DNA of 64,000 nt from a virus (Duplodnaviria > Heunggongvirae > Uroviricota > Caudoviricetes > Schitoviridae): the IMG/VR virus record IMGVR_UViG_2595698411_000001, positions 37,241-101,240 of that record; one strand, 5' to 3'. Under the pieces are notes generated by a model. The model had not been told where the DNA came from. It saw nothing but the letters and a program-made list of their open reading frames with translations, and ran no database searches. This document shows positions 35,353-44,336 of the stretch, piece by piece. Position 1 is the stretch's first letter; each line of letters starts with the position of its first letter. Both the position numbers and the translations under genes were made by a program.

Positions 35353-37614
35353 ATGAGCATGTTGACCCAGACTAAAGAACTTCTTACTAAAGAAGGCGCT
35401 TTTTCTGGTGAGCAGAACAAACACCTTCAAAGTGTTATTGAAGCTATCAGTTTTCCTACCATCGACCCAAAGATGAAAGCCGTTATTGCAGTTTCTCAAA
35501 TTACGTCTTTCGCTAGCCAGTTTCGTAGAAACATCAAGTTGTGGGATGACCATACAGAAGTTCCTATTAATGCGATATCGTTTGTGATCACGGGCTCCGG
35601 TGCAGGTAAAGATTCTTCAGTTAAAGCCGCCAGAAAGTGCTTTACAAGCGGGTATAAAGTCTTAGAAGGCAAAGCAATGGAAGCTGCTGTAAAAGAAGCT
35701 ATTGCCCAAGCCAAAGAAGAGGGTTTACCTAACCCGCAAGACGAAGCGATTTACAAACCGTACCTTAAGCCAGTGCCTCCAGTAGACATTATGCCTACTA
35801 CAGGTCCTGGCCTTATCCAGCACATCAACGACATTGGCGACGTAGGTGTAGGCGCTGGCATCATGTACTCTGGCGAGTTTTCAGATGAACTGGCGTACAA
35901 CCAAGATATGGTCGAAAACATTAAGACCTTATCCGAAATTTATGACACTGGCGACAAAGAGGTAAAATATACCAAGTCGGCAGAGTTCCGCTCAAAAGCA
36001 ATTGCTGGCCAGCCAGTATCTGCCCTTTTCGTAGGTTCGCCAGGCCATATCCTTTACGATGAAGGTACCAAGAAAAAATTCCATATCGCTTTTATGTCAA
36101 AACTAGCTCGTCGTAGCTGGTTCTGTTACGCAGCTGACAAAATTGAAGAACAGGTTTTTGACACGCTTGAAGAATTTTGGGAGTACGAAGAAGAGATTGA
36201 AACTAGGTCTAAGCACGCTCGCCTTGCTATGGACACTCTAGTTAAAGAAATCGCTAAATACCATGCAAAGCACATCGGTAAAGAGATCGCTGTATCTAAA
36301 AGCGTTGAGCGCCTTTATAAGACATACAAGCGCTATAACAACGACCTAGCTGACTTGCTGCCAAACCAAGACTCAACGTATGCGCTTATTCGCCGCCACT
36401 TGCAGTGGAAAGCTCTTAAACTGGCAGGTGCGTTTGCTATCATGGAAAAAGAAGATGAAGTGACCCCAGAGCACTACATTGAAGCTATCCGTTTTTGCGA
36501 AATACTAGACAAAGACATGGAAGAGTTCGAGCGCGACCTAAACAAAGCGCCTCACGAATTGCTCGTAGATTTCTTCCATACTAAGACACTAGTTGACGGT
36601 AAATCAGAAATCAGTACTCATGACCTCAAAAAACAAGGTTTCATGAATAACGTTTCTAACACCAAGCTAAAAGAAATGGTAGCTCTGTGCGCAGGTTACG
36701 ACCAAAACTCAGTGTACTCTGTCATAAACGACGGTTCTGCTATTCACTACGAACCTATTGTTAAAACAGACGTTATTAACGTTACGTACAAAGAGATCGA
36801 TACGTCTCAACTTAACGCTGCAGTCGAATCAGGTGACTTTAATGCTATCCGTCAGGCTAAGCATAATATCGCCTCTACGACAAACTACGGCTTTGAAGCA
36901 GCAGACACTTCGTTTGACGAACTGCCTCAATTATTGGCAGGCGACTACGCGTTTTCTCCGTACCGTTTTAAAGACGGTGTACGCAGAAAAGAAAACTTAG
37001 AGTCTGGTACTAAATGGGTTGTTCTAGACATAGACGACTCTCCGCTTTCAGCAGAAGAAGCGCATTTTATGTTAGGTGACATTAATCACCACATAGCGCT
37101 AACAAGCGATAAAGACAACAACTTCAAGTTCCGTGTCCTTCTTGAGCTAGACTCTGAAGTTTATTTGGACCCAGCCGCGTGGAAGCATTTCTACCTCAAG
37201 ATTGCAGATGATCTAGGTCTAAGAGCCGATCCGTTGCCTCAGTCTCAGATCTTCTACTCTTACGCAGGTAGAGACGTTTACAGCAACACCGAGTCAAGCC
37301 CTCTACCAACTAGGGACTACTTGATGTACGCAAAAGACATGGCTACTGACAAAGAGACTGCCGGCCGTGTTATGACGAACGCACAACGCCGAGCCCAGCT
37401 TAACGATCCTACAACTACTTTCGAGTACGCGTTTGAGGCTAAGTTTGGTGAAGGTTCTCGTTCCATGTACCGCATGATGCGTCATGCTCAAGACTTAGGT
37501 GCAGACCTCGATGAAGTTCTTCAGTTACTTGAAGACGTTAACGACTACTGGGAGTCACCCATGCCAGAAGAACGCCTTGAAAAACTTCGTGATCAAGGTA
37601 GGCGCTTATTTTAA
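35353..37614 (+). CDS. large replication-associated protein (N-terminal P-loop-like segment; possible primase/helicase)
   Basis: 753 aa. ISFVITGSGAGKDSS is P-loop-like. The C-terminal region has acidic VVLDIDDSP-type motifs. The assignment is weak. Confidence 0.35.
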   Translation: MSMLTQTKELLTKEGAFSGEQNKHLQSVIEAISFPTIDPKMKAVIAVSQITSFASQFRRNIKLWDDHTEVPINAISFVITGSGAGKDSSVKAARKCFTSGYKVLEGKAMEAAVKEAIAQAKEEGLPNPQDEAIYKPYLKPVPPVDIMPTTGPGLIQHINDIGDVGVGAGIMYSGEFSDELAYNQDMVENIKTLSEIYDTGDKEVKYTKSAEFRSKAIAGQPVSALFVGSPGHILYDEGTKKKFHIAFMSKLARRSWFCYAADKIEEQVFDTLEEFWEYEEEIETRSKHARLAMDTLVKEIAKYHAKHIGKEIAVSKSVERLYKTYKRYNNDLADLLPNQDSTYALIRRHLQWKALKLAGAFAIMEKEDEVTPEHYIEAIRFCEILDKDMEEFERDLNKAPHELLVDFFHTKTLVDGKSEISTHDLKKQGFMNNVSNTKLKEMVALCAGYDQNSVYSVINDGSAIHYEPIVKTDVINVTYKEIDTSQLNAAVESGDFNAIRQAKHNIASTTNYGFEAADTSFDELPQLLAGDYAFSPYRFKDGVRRKENLESGTKWVVLDIDDSPLSAEEAHFMLGDINHHIALTSDKDNNFKFRVLLELDSEVYLDPAAWKHFYLKIADDLGLRADPLPQSQIFYSYAGRDVYSNTESSPLPTRDYLMYAKDMATDKETAGRVMTNAQRRAQLNDPTTTFEYAFEAKFGEGSRSMYRMMRHAQDLGADLDEVLQLLEDVNDYWESPMPEERLEKLRDQGRRLF

Positions 37615-37629
37615 CCAAGGTAACAACTT

Positions 37630-39717
37630 ATGATTCAACAAAACTATAAGAACTCCGTCCAAGAAACCAGTGATGGAGTAACTACCACATGCTTTAGCAT
37701 AGAAGTTAACGAATCTATGTTTGAAATGCTGACAGCTAAAGTCTACAACGATCCACTCCTTGCCGTAGTGCGGGAGTGGTCAACAAACGCATGCGACGCT
37801 TGTATTGCTGCCGAATTGCCTATCAAGTATGACGTCCATCTGCCTACAGCAGAAGAACTCTACTTTTCAGTACGCGACTACGGCACTGGCCTTTCGCCAG
37901 AAGACATCGTAGGCCTGTTCAGCAATCTAGGTGCTTCAACCAAGCGTAATTCAAATGCGTTTAACGGTACGTTAGGTATAGGGAGAATGGCCGGTTTAGC
38001 CGCGTCAGACTCATTCAGCGTTGACTCATACTACAACGGCACGCAGTACTCATACGTAGTATCTGTACAAAAAGGCGTGCCGGTTACCATGCACTTAGGC
38101 GAAAATCCTACTGATGAGCCTAACGGCTTGTGTCTTTCAGTAGACGTTGAGCCAGACAACGTTCATCGATACAAAGAAAAGGCAGAGGCTCTTTACCCTT
38201 ACTTTGATCATAAACCTAACCTAAACATCGAAGCAAAAACGGACCTAGTTATCGAAGAGCGGCTTTCTGATGATTGGTTTTTTAAAAGCAGAGACACGTC
38301 CAGATTTTCTCAACATAACTACGTCGTAATGTCGCAAGTTGTGTATGAAATACCAAACAACAACGCAGTAGAGAACCACGGCTTTGCTAACCTAGTTATC
38401 AAAGTACCGCCGGGCTCTGTTACGTTTAACCCTGGTCGTGAATCTTTGTCTATGGACAAAAGCACAATTGCGTTCTTAAACCAGCAATTTAAGCTTATAA
38501 AAGAAGAGTACGCCAGCTCTGCTATTCTGGCTTTATCAGAGACAGAAAACGACATAGAGCTTGTAAAAAAATACCGATACCTTAAAGAGCGTACGCCATC
38601 AGAGCTTATACAACAGATCAACTATCTGCCTTTTGCTTCTGACCCTCTTAAAGCAATGCACTCAAACAGCGGCCCTAGCTACTATGGTGTTCAACCTATT
38701 TACGCTACTCGCGAGTTTTCAGAAAAAACGAGTGGTTTGTTGACTCTTACTTACAAATCAAAACACCTAGTAACCGCTAAAAAGATAAACAACGAAAACA
38801 AAGTTAATACTGACGTTTTTCTGTTTGCTAATCATGTAGTTGTCGACGTAAAGACTCGCTTTAAAAGCACACTTACTGGCCACTACAGCGGTGATAGTTT
38901 AATAACGTGGCAAAGAGAAGGTACAGCCGATCTAAACGAAGCTGTAAAAGTAGCTAAAAACACGTTAGACGAGATGGGAGTGCCTTACAAGCTGGCGTCA
39001 GATATCCTCAGCGAGTACGAAGGTACTGAGGACGAAAATGGCAAAAAAGAGAAGCGAGTTGAGGCGCTTTACACCAGTCATGTAAGCAGCAACAACAGTA
39101 TTGCTAAAAGCTCTTTGCACCCTGCTGACCTTGTGGAAACACAAGACTATCTTTGTCTTAGGCTGAGTAATACTACTCCGGTGCTAGCCAATACAGAAGT
39201 AGATTTTGAAGAATACATGGCAGTATATCGTCACTTAAACATCATTGAAGATATGCCTAAAGTGATGGGCGTCCCCAAAAAATACCAAAACTATGTCAAC
39301 GACCTAGATAATTGGTACGATTTTGAGGCTTACATCAAAGAAAGAATCCAACAGTATTCTTTTCGCAGGCCTGCTGATTACCATGTTCCCACCACGGTAT
39401 CTCGTATTATCAATGAAGATAATTACGATAAGTTCCCAGAAGTCATACAGCTTTTTTACAAAGAGCTGAAAGGCTACAGAGAGTACATGTCAGGTCAATA
39501 CTACGTAGACAGTCCGTACACTGCCAATGCGTTCAAACGTCTAGGGGCCGAGTTTGTTCCTTACGAGCCGCAGTATGACGTAGATATGGAAGTGCTTGAT
39601 ACGTACTACTCTAATACGCAAAAACTCATCACTACGTATACTACCGATGACGTAGCTTTAGCAATTAACGTAGCTAAGTTAGAGAGATTTCATGAACTAC
39701 ATAGCACTGAACAATGA
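37630..39717 (+). CDS. rIIA: rIIA-like protein (N-terminal GHKL/HATPase_c domain)
   Basis: N-box REWSTNACDACIAAE, G1 box VRDYGTGLSPEDIVGLFSNLGASTKRNS and G2 box NGTLGIGRMAGL are GHKL ATPase motifs. The size (695 aa) and phage context match T4 rIIA. Confidence 0.55.
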   Translation: MIQQNYKNSVQETSDGVTTTCFSIEVNESMFEMLTAKVYNDPLLAVVREWSTNACDACIAAELPIKYDVHLPTAEELYFSVRDYGTGLSPEDIVGLFSNLGASTKRNSNAFNGTLGIGRMAGLAASDSFSVDSYYNGTQYSYVVSVQKGVPVTMHLGENPTDEPNGLCLSVDVEPDNVHRYKEKAEALYPYFDHKPNLNIEAKTDLVIEERLSDDWFFKSRDTSRFSQHNYVVMSQVVYEIPNNNAVENHGFANLVIKVPPGSVTFNPGRESLSMDKSTIAFLNQQFKLIKEEYASSAILALSETENDIELVKKYRYLKERTPSELIQQINYLPFASDPLKAMHSNSGPSYYGVQPIYATREFSEKTSGLLTLTYKSKHLVTAKKINNENKVNTDVFLFANHVVVDVKTRFKSTLTGHYSGDSLITWQREGTADLNEAVKVAKNTLDEMGVPYKLASDILSEYEGTEDENGKKEKRVEALYTSHVSSNNSIAKSSLHPADLVETQDYLCLRLSNTTPVLANTEVDFEEYMAVYRHLNIIEDMPKVMGVPKKYQNYVNDLDNWYDFEAYIKERIQQYSFRRPADYHVPTTVSRIINEDNYDKFPEVIQLFYKELKGYREYMSGQYYVDSPYTANAFKRLGAEFVPYEPQYDVDMEVLDTYYSNTQKLITTYTTDDVALAINVAKLERFHELHSTEQ

Positions 39718-40046
39718 TACGTATGTTCTCCGCTTTAACGGAAAAACTACACGTATCAGTAAAAACAAACTGTCGGTTTTTCCCGAATAGTTCAAATCTT
39801 AAAAGAAGGCGGCGACAAGGAAGAAATAATCGAAATTCTTTCAGAAAAGCAGATTAAGCGTCCTGTACGCCTTTATTTAAGTACCAAATCTAATCAAATG
39901 ACAGCAGTCTTCTTAAACGATGACGGGTATTTACGTTACCTAGACCTAAAAAGTGGTAAAGAGTACACGCCCCGCGCTAATTTTGAAAACGAACCTGATA
40001 CTGATTTTGTAGGTCTTTACGCCTCCTTAAACAGTGTCAAAGAAGA

Positions 40047-40883
40047 ATGGCCCGAATACTGTTTATAAGGAACTTTATGCTTAAAGATTATTTTTCATAC
40101 AACGACGGAAAAGATGTTACCAACAGCGCTTTTCGTATCAGCGCTTCAAAAGTAAGCGACTTTTTTGATCGTACATCGGCTTGGTATCACGAGCATTTGC
40201 TCGGAGAAGGTGGATTTCAAGGCAGTACTGCTAGTGAACTAGGTACTGTAGTCCACGCCGGTTTAGAGATGCAAACTCTTGAAGGTGTTGTTCATCACGA
40301 CGCTATCGAAGAGTATGTTATGAGCATCAAAAACGATGAAGTAGACAAACAAGAGATCTTGGATGCCTACCCTCCTATGTTAGCGGCAGGCCTAGAGTAT
40401 CTAGAGCGTAATCCGCAAGAAATAGTAGAAGAGTTCGTCTTTCACGAAATCTTGCCAGGAATCGGTGCAGGTGGCTCTATAGATGCCCGCAGACCTCGTA
40501 TTATTACTGACTGGAAAACTACTTCAGCCAAAACTGCGCCTACTAAATTTAGTCGCGCTTATTGGTTCCAGCAAATGACTTATGCGTGGGTCTTAAAGCA
40601 AAAAGGTGTTAATATAGAGTACCTGAAATTGGTGTACATCACCAAAGCTGACATTAACCGCGTCAGCGAAAAAACAGGCAAACCTCTTAAAGATTACCCA
40701 TCTGTCGTCACTGAGGTTATCGAAGAAGTTACAGAAGAAAAACTAGAGCTGATCGGTTCTTGTTTGAAGCTTATCGCTGAATCTGTACAGCTTTGGACAG
40801 ACCGTCCAGAACTTCGTCACATCTTGGCTCAAGACATGCGACTTCGCCCTAAACCAAAACCAATCACATTCAATAAGGAGTAG
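40047..40883 (+). CDS. PD-(D/E)xK RecB/Cas4-family nuclease
   Basis: GGSIDARRPRIITDWKTTS...YWFQQMTYAWVL contains the D..DxK and QxxxY motifs. Confidence 0.6.
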   Translation: MARILFIRNFMLKDYFSYNDGKDVTNSAFRISASKVSDFFDRTSAWYHEHLLGEGGFQGSTASELGTVVHAGLEMQTLEGVVHHDAIEEYVMSIKNDEVDKQEILDAYPPMLAAGLEYLERNPQEIVEEFVFHEILPGIGAGGSIDARRPRIITDWKTTSAKTAPTKFSRAYWFQQMTYAWVLKQKGVNIEYLKLVYITKADINRVSEKTGKPLKDYPSVVTEVIEEVTEEKLELIGSCLKLIAESVQLWTDRPELRHILAQDMRLRPKPKPITFNKE

Positions 40884-40887
40884 GACA

Positions 40888-41349
40888 TTGGCTGTAAAAA
40901 TTCTTATCTCAGCAGTAGCTAATGCAGGTAAAACTACGCTTACTAAAGAGCTAGAAAACTCATTAGTTATCAGTCACGACGGTAAAAAATATCCGTTTCC
41001 TGTACCACACGTAATGGTACCCAGTTTCGATTCTGCAGAAGAATTAGTGAACATTACTATCGAAAAAATCGAAGCGTACAACAAAAAGTTTGATGCGTAC
41101 CCAGACACAATTGTCTTTGACTCTGTGTCTAAAATTTTCGATACCATTCACACAAACTGTAACGAAAAACACACCGGTTTCAAAATCTATAGCGAACTAG
41201 ATAAAGAAATCACTGCATTCACCAGCTTCATTGAAAACTCTTTAATAGCTAGTGGCATGAACGTGGTGCTTATCTCTCACGCTATTTACGACGCCGACAC
41301 CGCTAAATACAACCTGGTCGGTAAAGGTCGAATGGGCCTTGCTGCATAG
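40888..41349 (+). CDS. P-loop ATPase (Sak4/RecA-like recombination ATPase)
   Basis: Walker A ISAVANAGKTTLTKEL and Walker-B-like TIVFDSVS. It sits next to the nuclease and the SSB-like gene. Confidence 0.5.
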   Translation: MAVKILISAVANAGKTTLTKELENSLVISHDGKKYPFPVPHVMVPSFDSAEELVNITIEKIEAYNKKFDAYPDTIVFDSVSKIFDTIHTNCNEKHTGFKIYSELDKEITAFTSFIENSLIASGMNVVLISHAIYDADTAKYNLVGKGRMGLAA

Positions 41350-41462
41350 TGATGTGCAGTTAGTACGGTGACTCGTACAACACTCCTCTAATTGACTGGG
41401 ACCCCCTTAGAGCATGTAACACTCCCTGCAACAGTAATGTATGCAGTACAGTAAAAGAGTAC

Positions 41463-41663
41463 ATGATTGGGCAATCAGCAGCCAAGCATCCTTACGGGAT
41501 GAAGGTTCAACGACTAGTGCATTGCACGTACACTCAAGTGAGTGGAAATGGGGAGCAGTCGGTATTTGCTAAACGAGGTGGTTTATGGTACTCTGTTTCT
41601 TATAAACAGAAAGAGATACGTTATGTACCATTACACGTACCTAATAAAAAGCAAAACAAGTAA
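41463..41663 (+). CDS. small ORF upstream of the homing endonuclease; carries copy 1 of the duplicated FAKRGG segment
   Basis: ATG preceded by AAAGAG. Encodes ...SVFAKRGGLW. Overlaps the homing-endonuclease start by 40 nt. Confidence 0.4.
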   Translation: MIGQSAAKHPYGMKVQRLVHCTYTQVSGNGEQSVFAKRGGLWYSVSYKQKEIRYVPLHVPNKKQNK

Positions 41664-42291
41664 AATGAAATATATAGGAGTTCGTTCCTGCGAATGTACA
41701 CCTGACAGTGATGATTACTGGAGTAGTTCAAGACATCTACCAAAGAGTGTCAAAACAACCCATAAACGTCGAGTACTGAAGGTGCATAATTCTAGAAAAG
41801 AGGCAGTAGAGCATGAGATACTTCTGCATCATAGATATGATGTAGCTAAGAATCCTGAGTTTTACAACAGAGCTAAACAAACTACTACAAGTTACGACAC
41901 TTCAGGGGTTCCAAACCCACATAGTGAAGAGACATGTAGGAAGTTAAGTGAAGTTAACAAAGGAAAGAAACGAACACCTGAGATGGTAGAGGCTATGCGT
42001 CAGAGGATGCTAGGTACTACGCAATCAGAAGAGACTTGCAAGAAGAGAGGCGAAGCAATTCGCAAGAATGGTTCTAATAAAGGAACTAGAAACTCTCAAT
42101 TCAGGCCTTGGTATATTTCAACTGAAACGTTTACGTATATTTTCAACGATGTAAGCAAGAATGAGCAATCAATTCTAGACGGGCATTATAAAAAATACTA
42201 CGCAGACATTCAGAAAAAATTTAATAAAGCAGGCACACTTACTACCAGAAAGTATGGGAAAGTAGTGGCTATGGGCTTTATTCCGACTTGA
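41623..42291 (+). CDS. GIY-YIG homing endonuclease with NUMOD3-like repeats
   Basis: MYHYTYLIKSKTSKMKYIGVRS is a GIY-YIG motif. HSEETCRKLSEVNKGKKRT and QSEETCKKRGEAIRKNGSNKG are NUMOD3-like. The start is trimmed to the ATG preceded by AAGAGA. Confidence 0.7.
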   Translation: MYHYTYLIKSKTSKMKYIGVRSCECTPDSDDYWSSSRHLPKSVKTTHKRRVLKVHNSRKEAVEHEILLHHRYDVAKNPEFYNRAKQTTTSYDTSGVPNPHSEETCRKLSEVNKGKKRTPEMVEAMRQRMLGTTQSEETCKKRGEAIRKNGSNKGTRNSQFRPWYISTETFTYIFNDVSKNEQSILDGHYKKYYADIQKKFNKAGTLTTRKYGKVVAMGFIPT

Positions 42292-42368
42292 AGATATAGT
42301 CTAATCTACACAGAGATGTGTAGCAGTACGAAAGTACGGGCTAGAAGTAACGACTCTAGCTGAATATA

Positions 42369-42593
42369 TTGTCATTCGCAAAACGTGGCGGCTTCTTGGC
42401 AGAAGTTGACGAAGCGTTATTCTTAGAACTGAAAAACAACAAACGTATTGTTCATTCTAAGTCTACTAAGTTCCCAGCGCGTTCTCTGCAAGCAGACATT
42501 CCTGACAGTGTGCCGGTAGACGATTTTAACCTTCAGCAATATATGGATCAGATCAAAGGCGTTTCTGCCGAAGTTGATTCATTCCAGCTGTAA
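42369..42593 (+). CDS. small ORF downstream of the homing endonuclease; carries copy 2 of the duplicated FAKRGG segment (TTG start)
   Basis: No ATG. Begins (TTG)SFAKRGGFL, which matches copy 1 apart from synonymous changes. Confidence 0.4.
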   Translation: MSFAKRGGFLAEVDEALFLELKNNKRIVHSKSTKFPARSLQADIPDSVPVDDFNLQQYMDQIKGVSAEVDSFQL

Positions 42594-42647
42594 CTAAACC
42601 CTAACCTTTAAAGAAGGTGTAATTCTGCACCTTCTATTTCTACTTCA

Positions 42648-43358
42648 TTGAGGATTCAACAAATGAAATTAACAGTATCAAAAAAACAAGACGCAATTAA
42701 AGACACCGGTGATGGTGGTCTAATAAACGCTTCAGGCATCTACGACGTTAACCTGAACTATGTACAACTAGCCGAAAGCAAAGGCGGTGCCCTACAAATC
42801 AACTTCAACGTTACTAATAACGGTATGGAGCAAACTATTTGGGGTCCTTACCTAACTAGCAAAGCCGGCGACGTTAACGAGATTACTCAAAATCTTCTTA
42901 ACCGTCTGTGCATCATCGCAGGCATGGAAGATGGCCAAGAGATCGAAACCGAAACAGTTGAAAACCCAGTCGGTAAAGACCAAAAAATGATGGAAATGGA
43001 AGTAATTCCAGAACTATCAGACGTTCCAGTTAAGATTCGTATTCAGATGGAATACTCTCTGTACAACGATGAAATCCAAGAGCGTAAAGTTGTTAAAGCG
43101 TTCTACCGCGAAGACGGCGCTACTGCGGCTGAAGCAGAGTCTGGTGAAAACATCGGTCGTCGCCTAGCATTAGACGAAGAGAAATACGCGTCTAACGTCA
43201 CGTACAAAGACGGTCTTACCGAAGAAGACGTTAATGCTTGGAAAGCCGAGCGTGCTAACGCACGTAGTGCAGCAAAAGGCAGCGATTCAGCGCCTAAAGC
43301 CTCTAAAGGGGCTGCAGCTAAAACTAAAGCTAAACGCCCTCTATTTGGTCAAAAATAA
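42648..43358 (+). CDS. putative single-stranded DNA-binding protein
   Basis: 236 aa with an acidic core and a C-terminal Ala/Lys-rich tail. Positioned after the nuclease and ATPase. The assignment is weak. Confidence 0.35.
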   Translation: MRIQQMKLTVSKKQDAIKDTGDGGLINASGIYDVNLNYVQLAESKGGALQINFNVTNNGMEQTIWGPYLTSKAGDVNEITQNLLNRLCIIAGMEDGQEIETETVENPVGKDQKMMEMEVIPELSDVPVKIRIQMEYSLYNDEIQERKVVKAFYREDGATAAEAESGENIGRRLALDEEKYASNVTYKDGLTEEDVNAWKAERANARSAAKGSDSAPKASKGAAAKTKAKRPLFGQK

Positions 43359-43400
43359 TAACATTTGGTCAATTTGACCAGTTATTAGTTAAACACACAC

Positions 43401-43430
43401 AGGGCCTACATCAGTAGGCTCTGTTTTTTA
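43401..43430 (+). terminator. rho-independent terminator
   Basis: AGGGCCTAC-atca-GTAGGCTCT followed by GTTTTTTA. Confidence 0.7.
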
Positions 43431-43442
43431 TGAGCAAAGAGT

Positions 43443-44336
43443 ATGAGCCTTATTCAACATGTAACCAGAACTCTTATATGGGATGATGATTACTCAGGTG
43501 TTAGGGGCAATTGCGTGCCTTCTTCCTGCCCAATTCCTGCAGAACAAAGAAAATTCGCAGTACAAACAGTCTTTTGTTTTCTAAAAGACGTTATTCCGCA
43601 CGACTCCTGGTTTATAGGCGGCAGTGCTGCACGATTAGGAACAATACCTTTTAACGACATAGACGTATTTTTTGCTGATGAAGAAAAAGCAAAAGAGGCT
43701 ATAGACGCCTTAAAAGATAAAACACCGCCAGAACCTTTGCATGATGATATTTTTGCCCCACAAACACCTATTACTTACGCAGTAAACCACGCTAAAGAAA
43801 ATACACCTGTACTTGTTACAAACATGTACCAAAACTCTTTTATGAGCATGAATGCTTCAATAAAAATAGCAAACGTGTCTGACCCGGCAACTGTCCAGTT
43901 TATTACTAAAAATACCGGAAACTACAAAGACATTTTCAGCAGGGTAGATTTAAATGTATGCAAAATAGGTATATTACCTAACGGCAGAAAAGTGTCAGAT
44001 CCTAAGGCAATGAGCGATATAAAAGTATCAAGATTGCAGCATGAAACTATGCTAAGAGTAGTTAAATACGCGTCACGTCTTTACAGAAAACCGTTTGTAG
44101 CAAACGCATATATCCGTGCAGCAAAAGATGCTATCGATTCTTTTATAGAAGACGACAGCCCTTCGCCAGACAGTCAACAATTTTACCAGTTTCAGTCTCA
44201 CATACCTGACAATAACGTGATCTTAACCAACGAGTTGCTTAAACGACAGATTTCTCAAGTCTTTACTCCTGACTCACCGGTAAACAGGTATTTCAGAGAA
44301 CAAGCCCTAAAACGAGCACCCGAATTATTACTATGA
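43443..44336 (+). CDS. Pol-beta-superfamily nucleotidyltransferase, CCA-adding enzyme / poly(A) polymerase-like head domain
   Basis: FIGGSAARLGTIPFNDIDVFF matches GGxVRDxLLGxxxxDxD of class II tRNA nucleotidyltransferases. Confidence 0.45.
   Translation: MSLIQHVTRTLIWDDDYSGVRGNCVPSSCPIPAEQRKFAVQTVFCFLKDVIPHDSWFIGGSAARLGTIPFNDIDVFFADEEKAKEAIDALKDKTPPEPLHDDIFAPQTPITYAVNHAKENTPVLVTNMYQNSFMSMNASIKIANVSDPATVQFITKNTGNYKDIFSRVDLNVCKIGILPNGRKVSDPKAMSDIKVSRLQHETMLRVVKYASRLYRKPFVANAYIRAAKDAIDSFIEDDSPSPDSQQFYQFQSHIPDNNVILTNELLKRQISQVFTPDSPVNRYFREQALKRAPELLL

Noticed and set aside
39718-40046. Expected rIIB-like gene downstream of rIIA.
   Set aside because: Only a ~56-aa ATG ORF and an ATG-less ~95-aa frame are present. 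Nothing supports an rIIB homolog in this gap.
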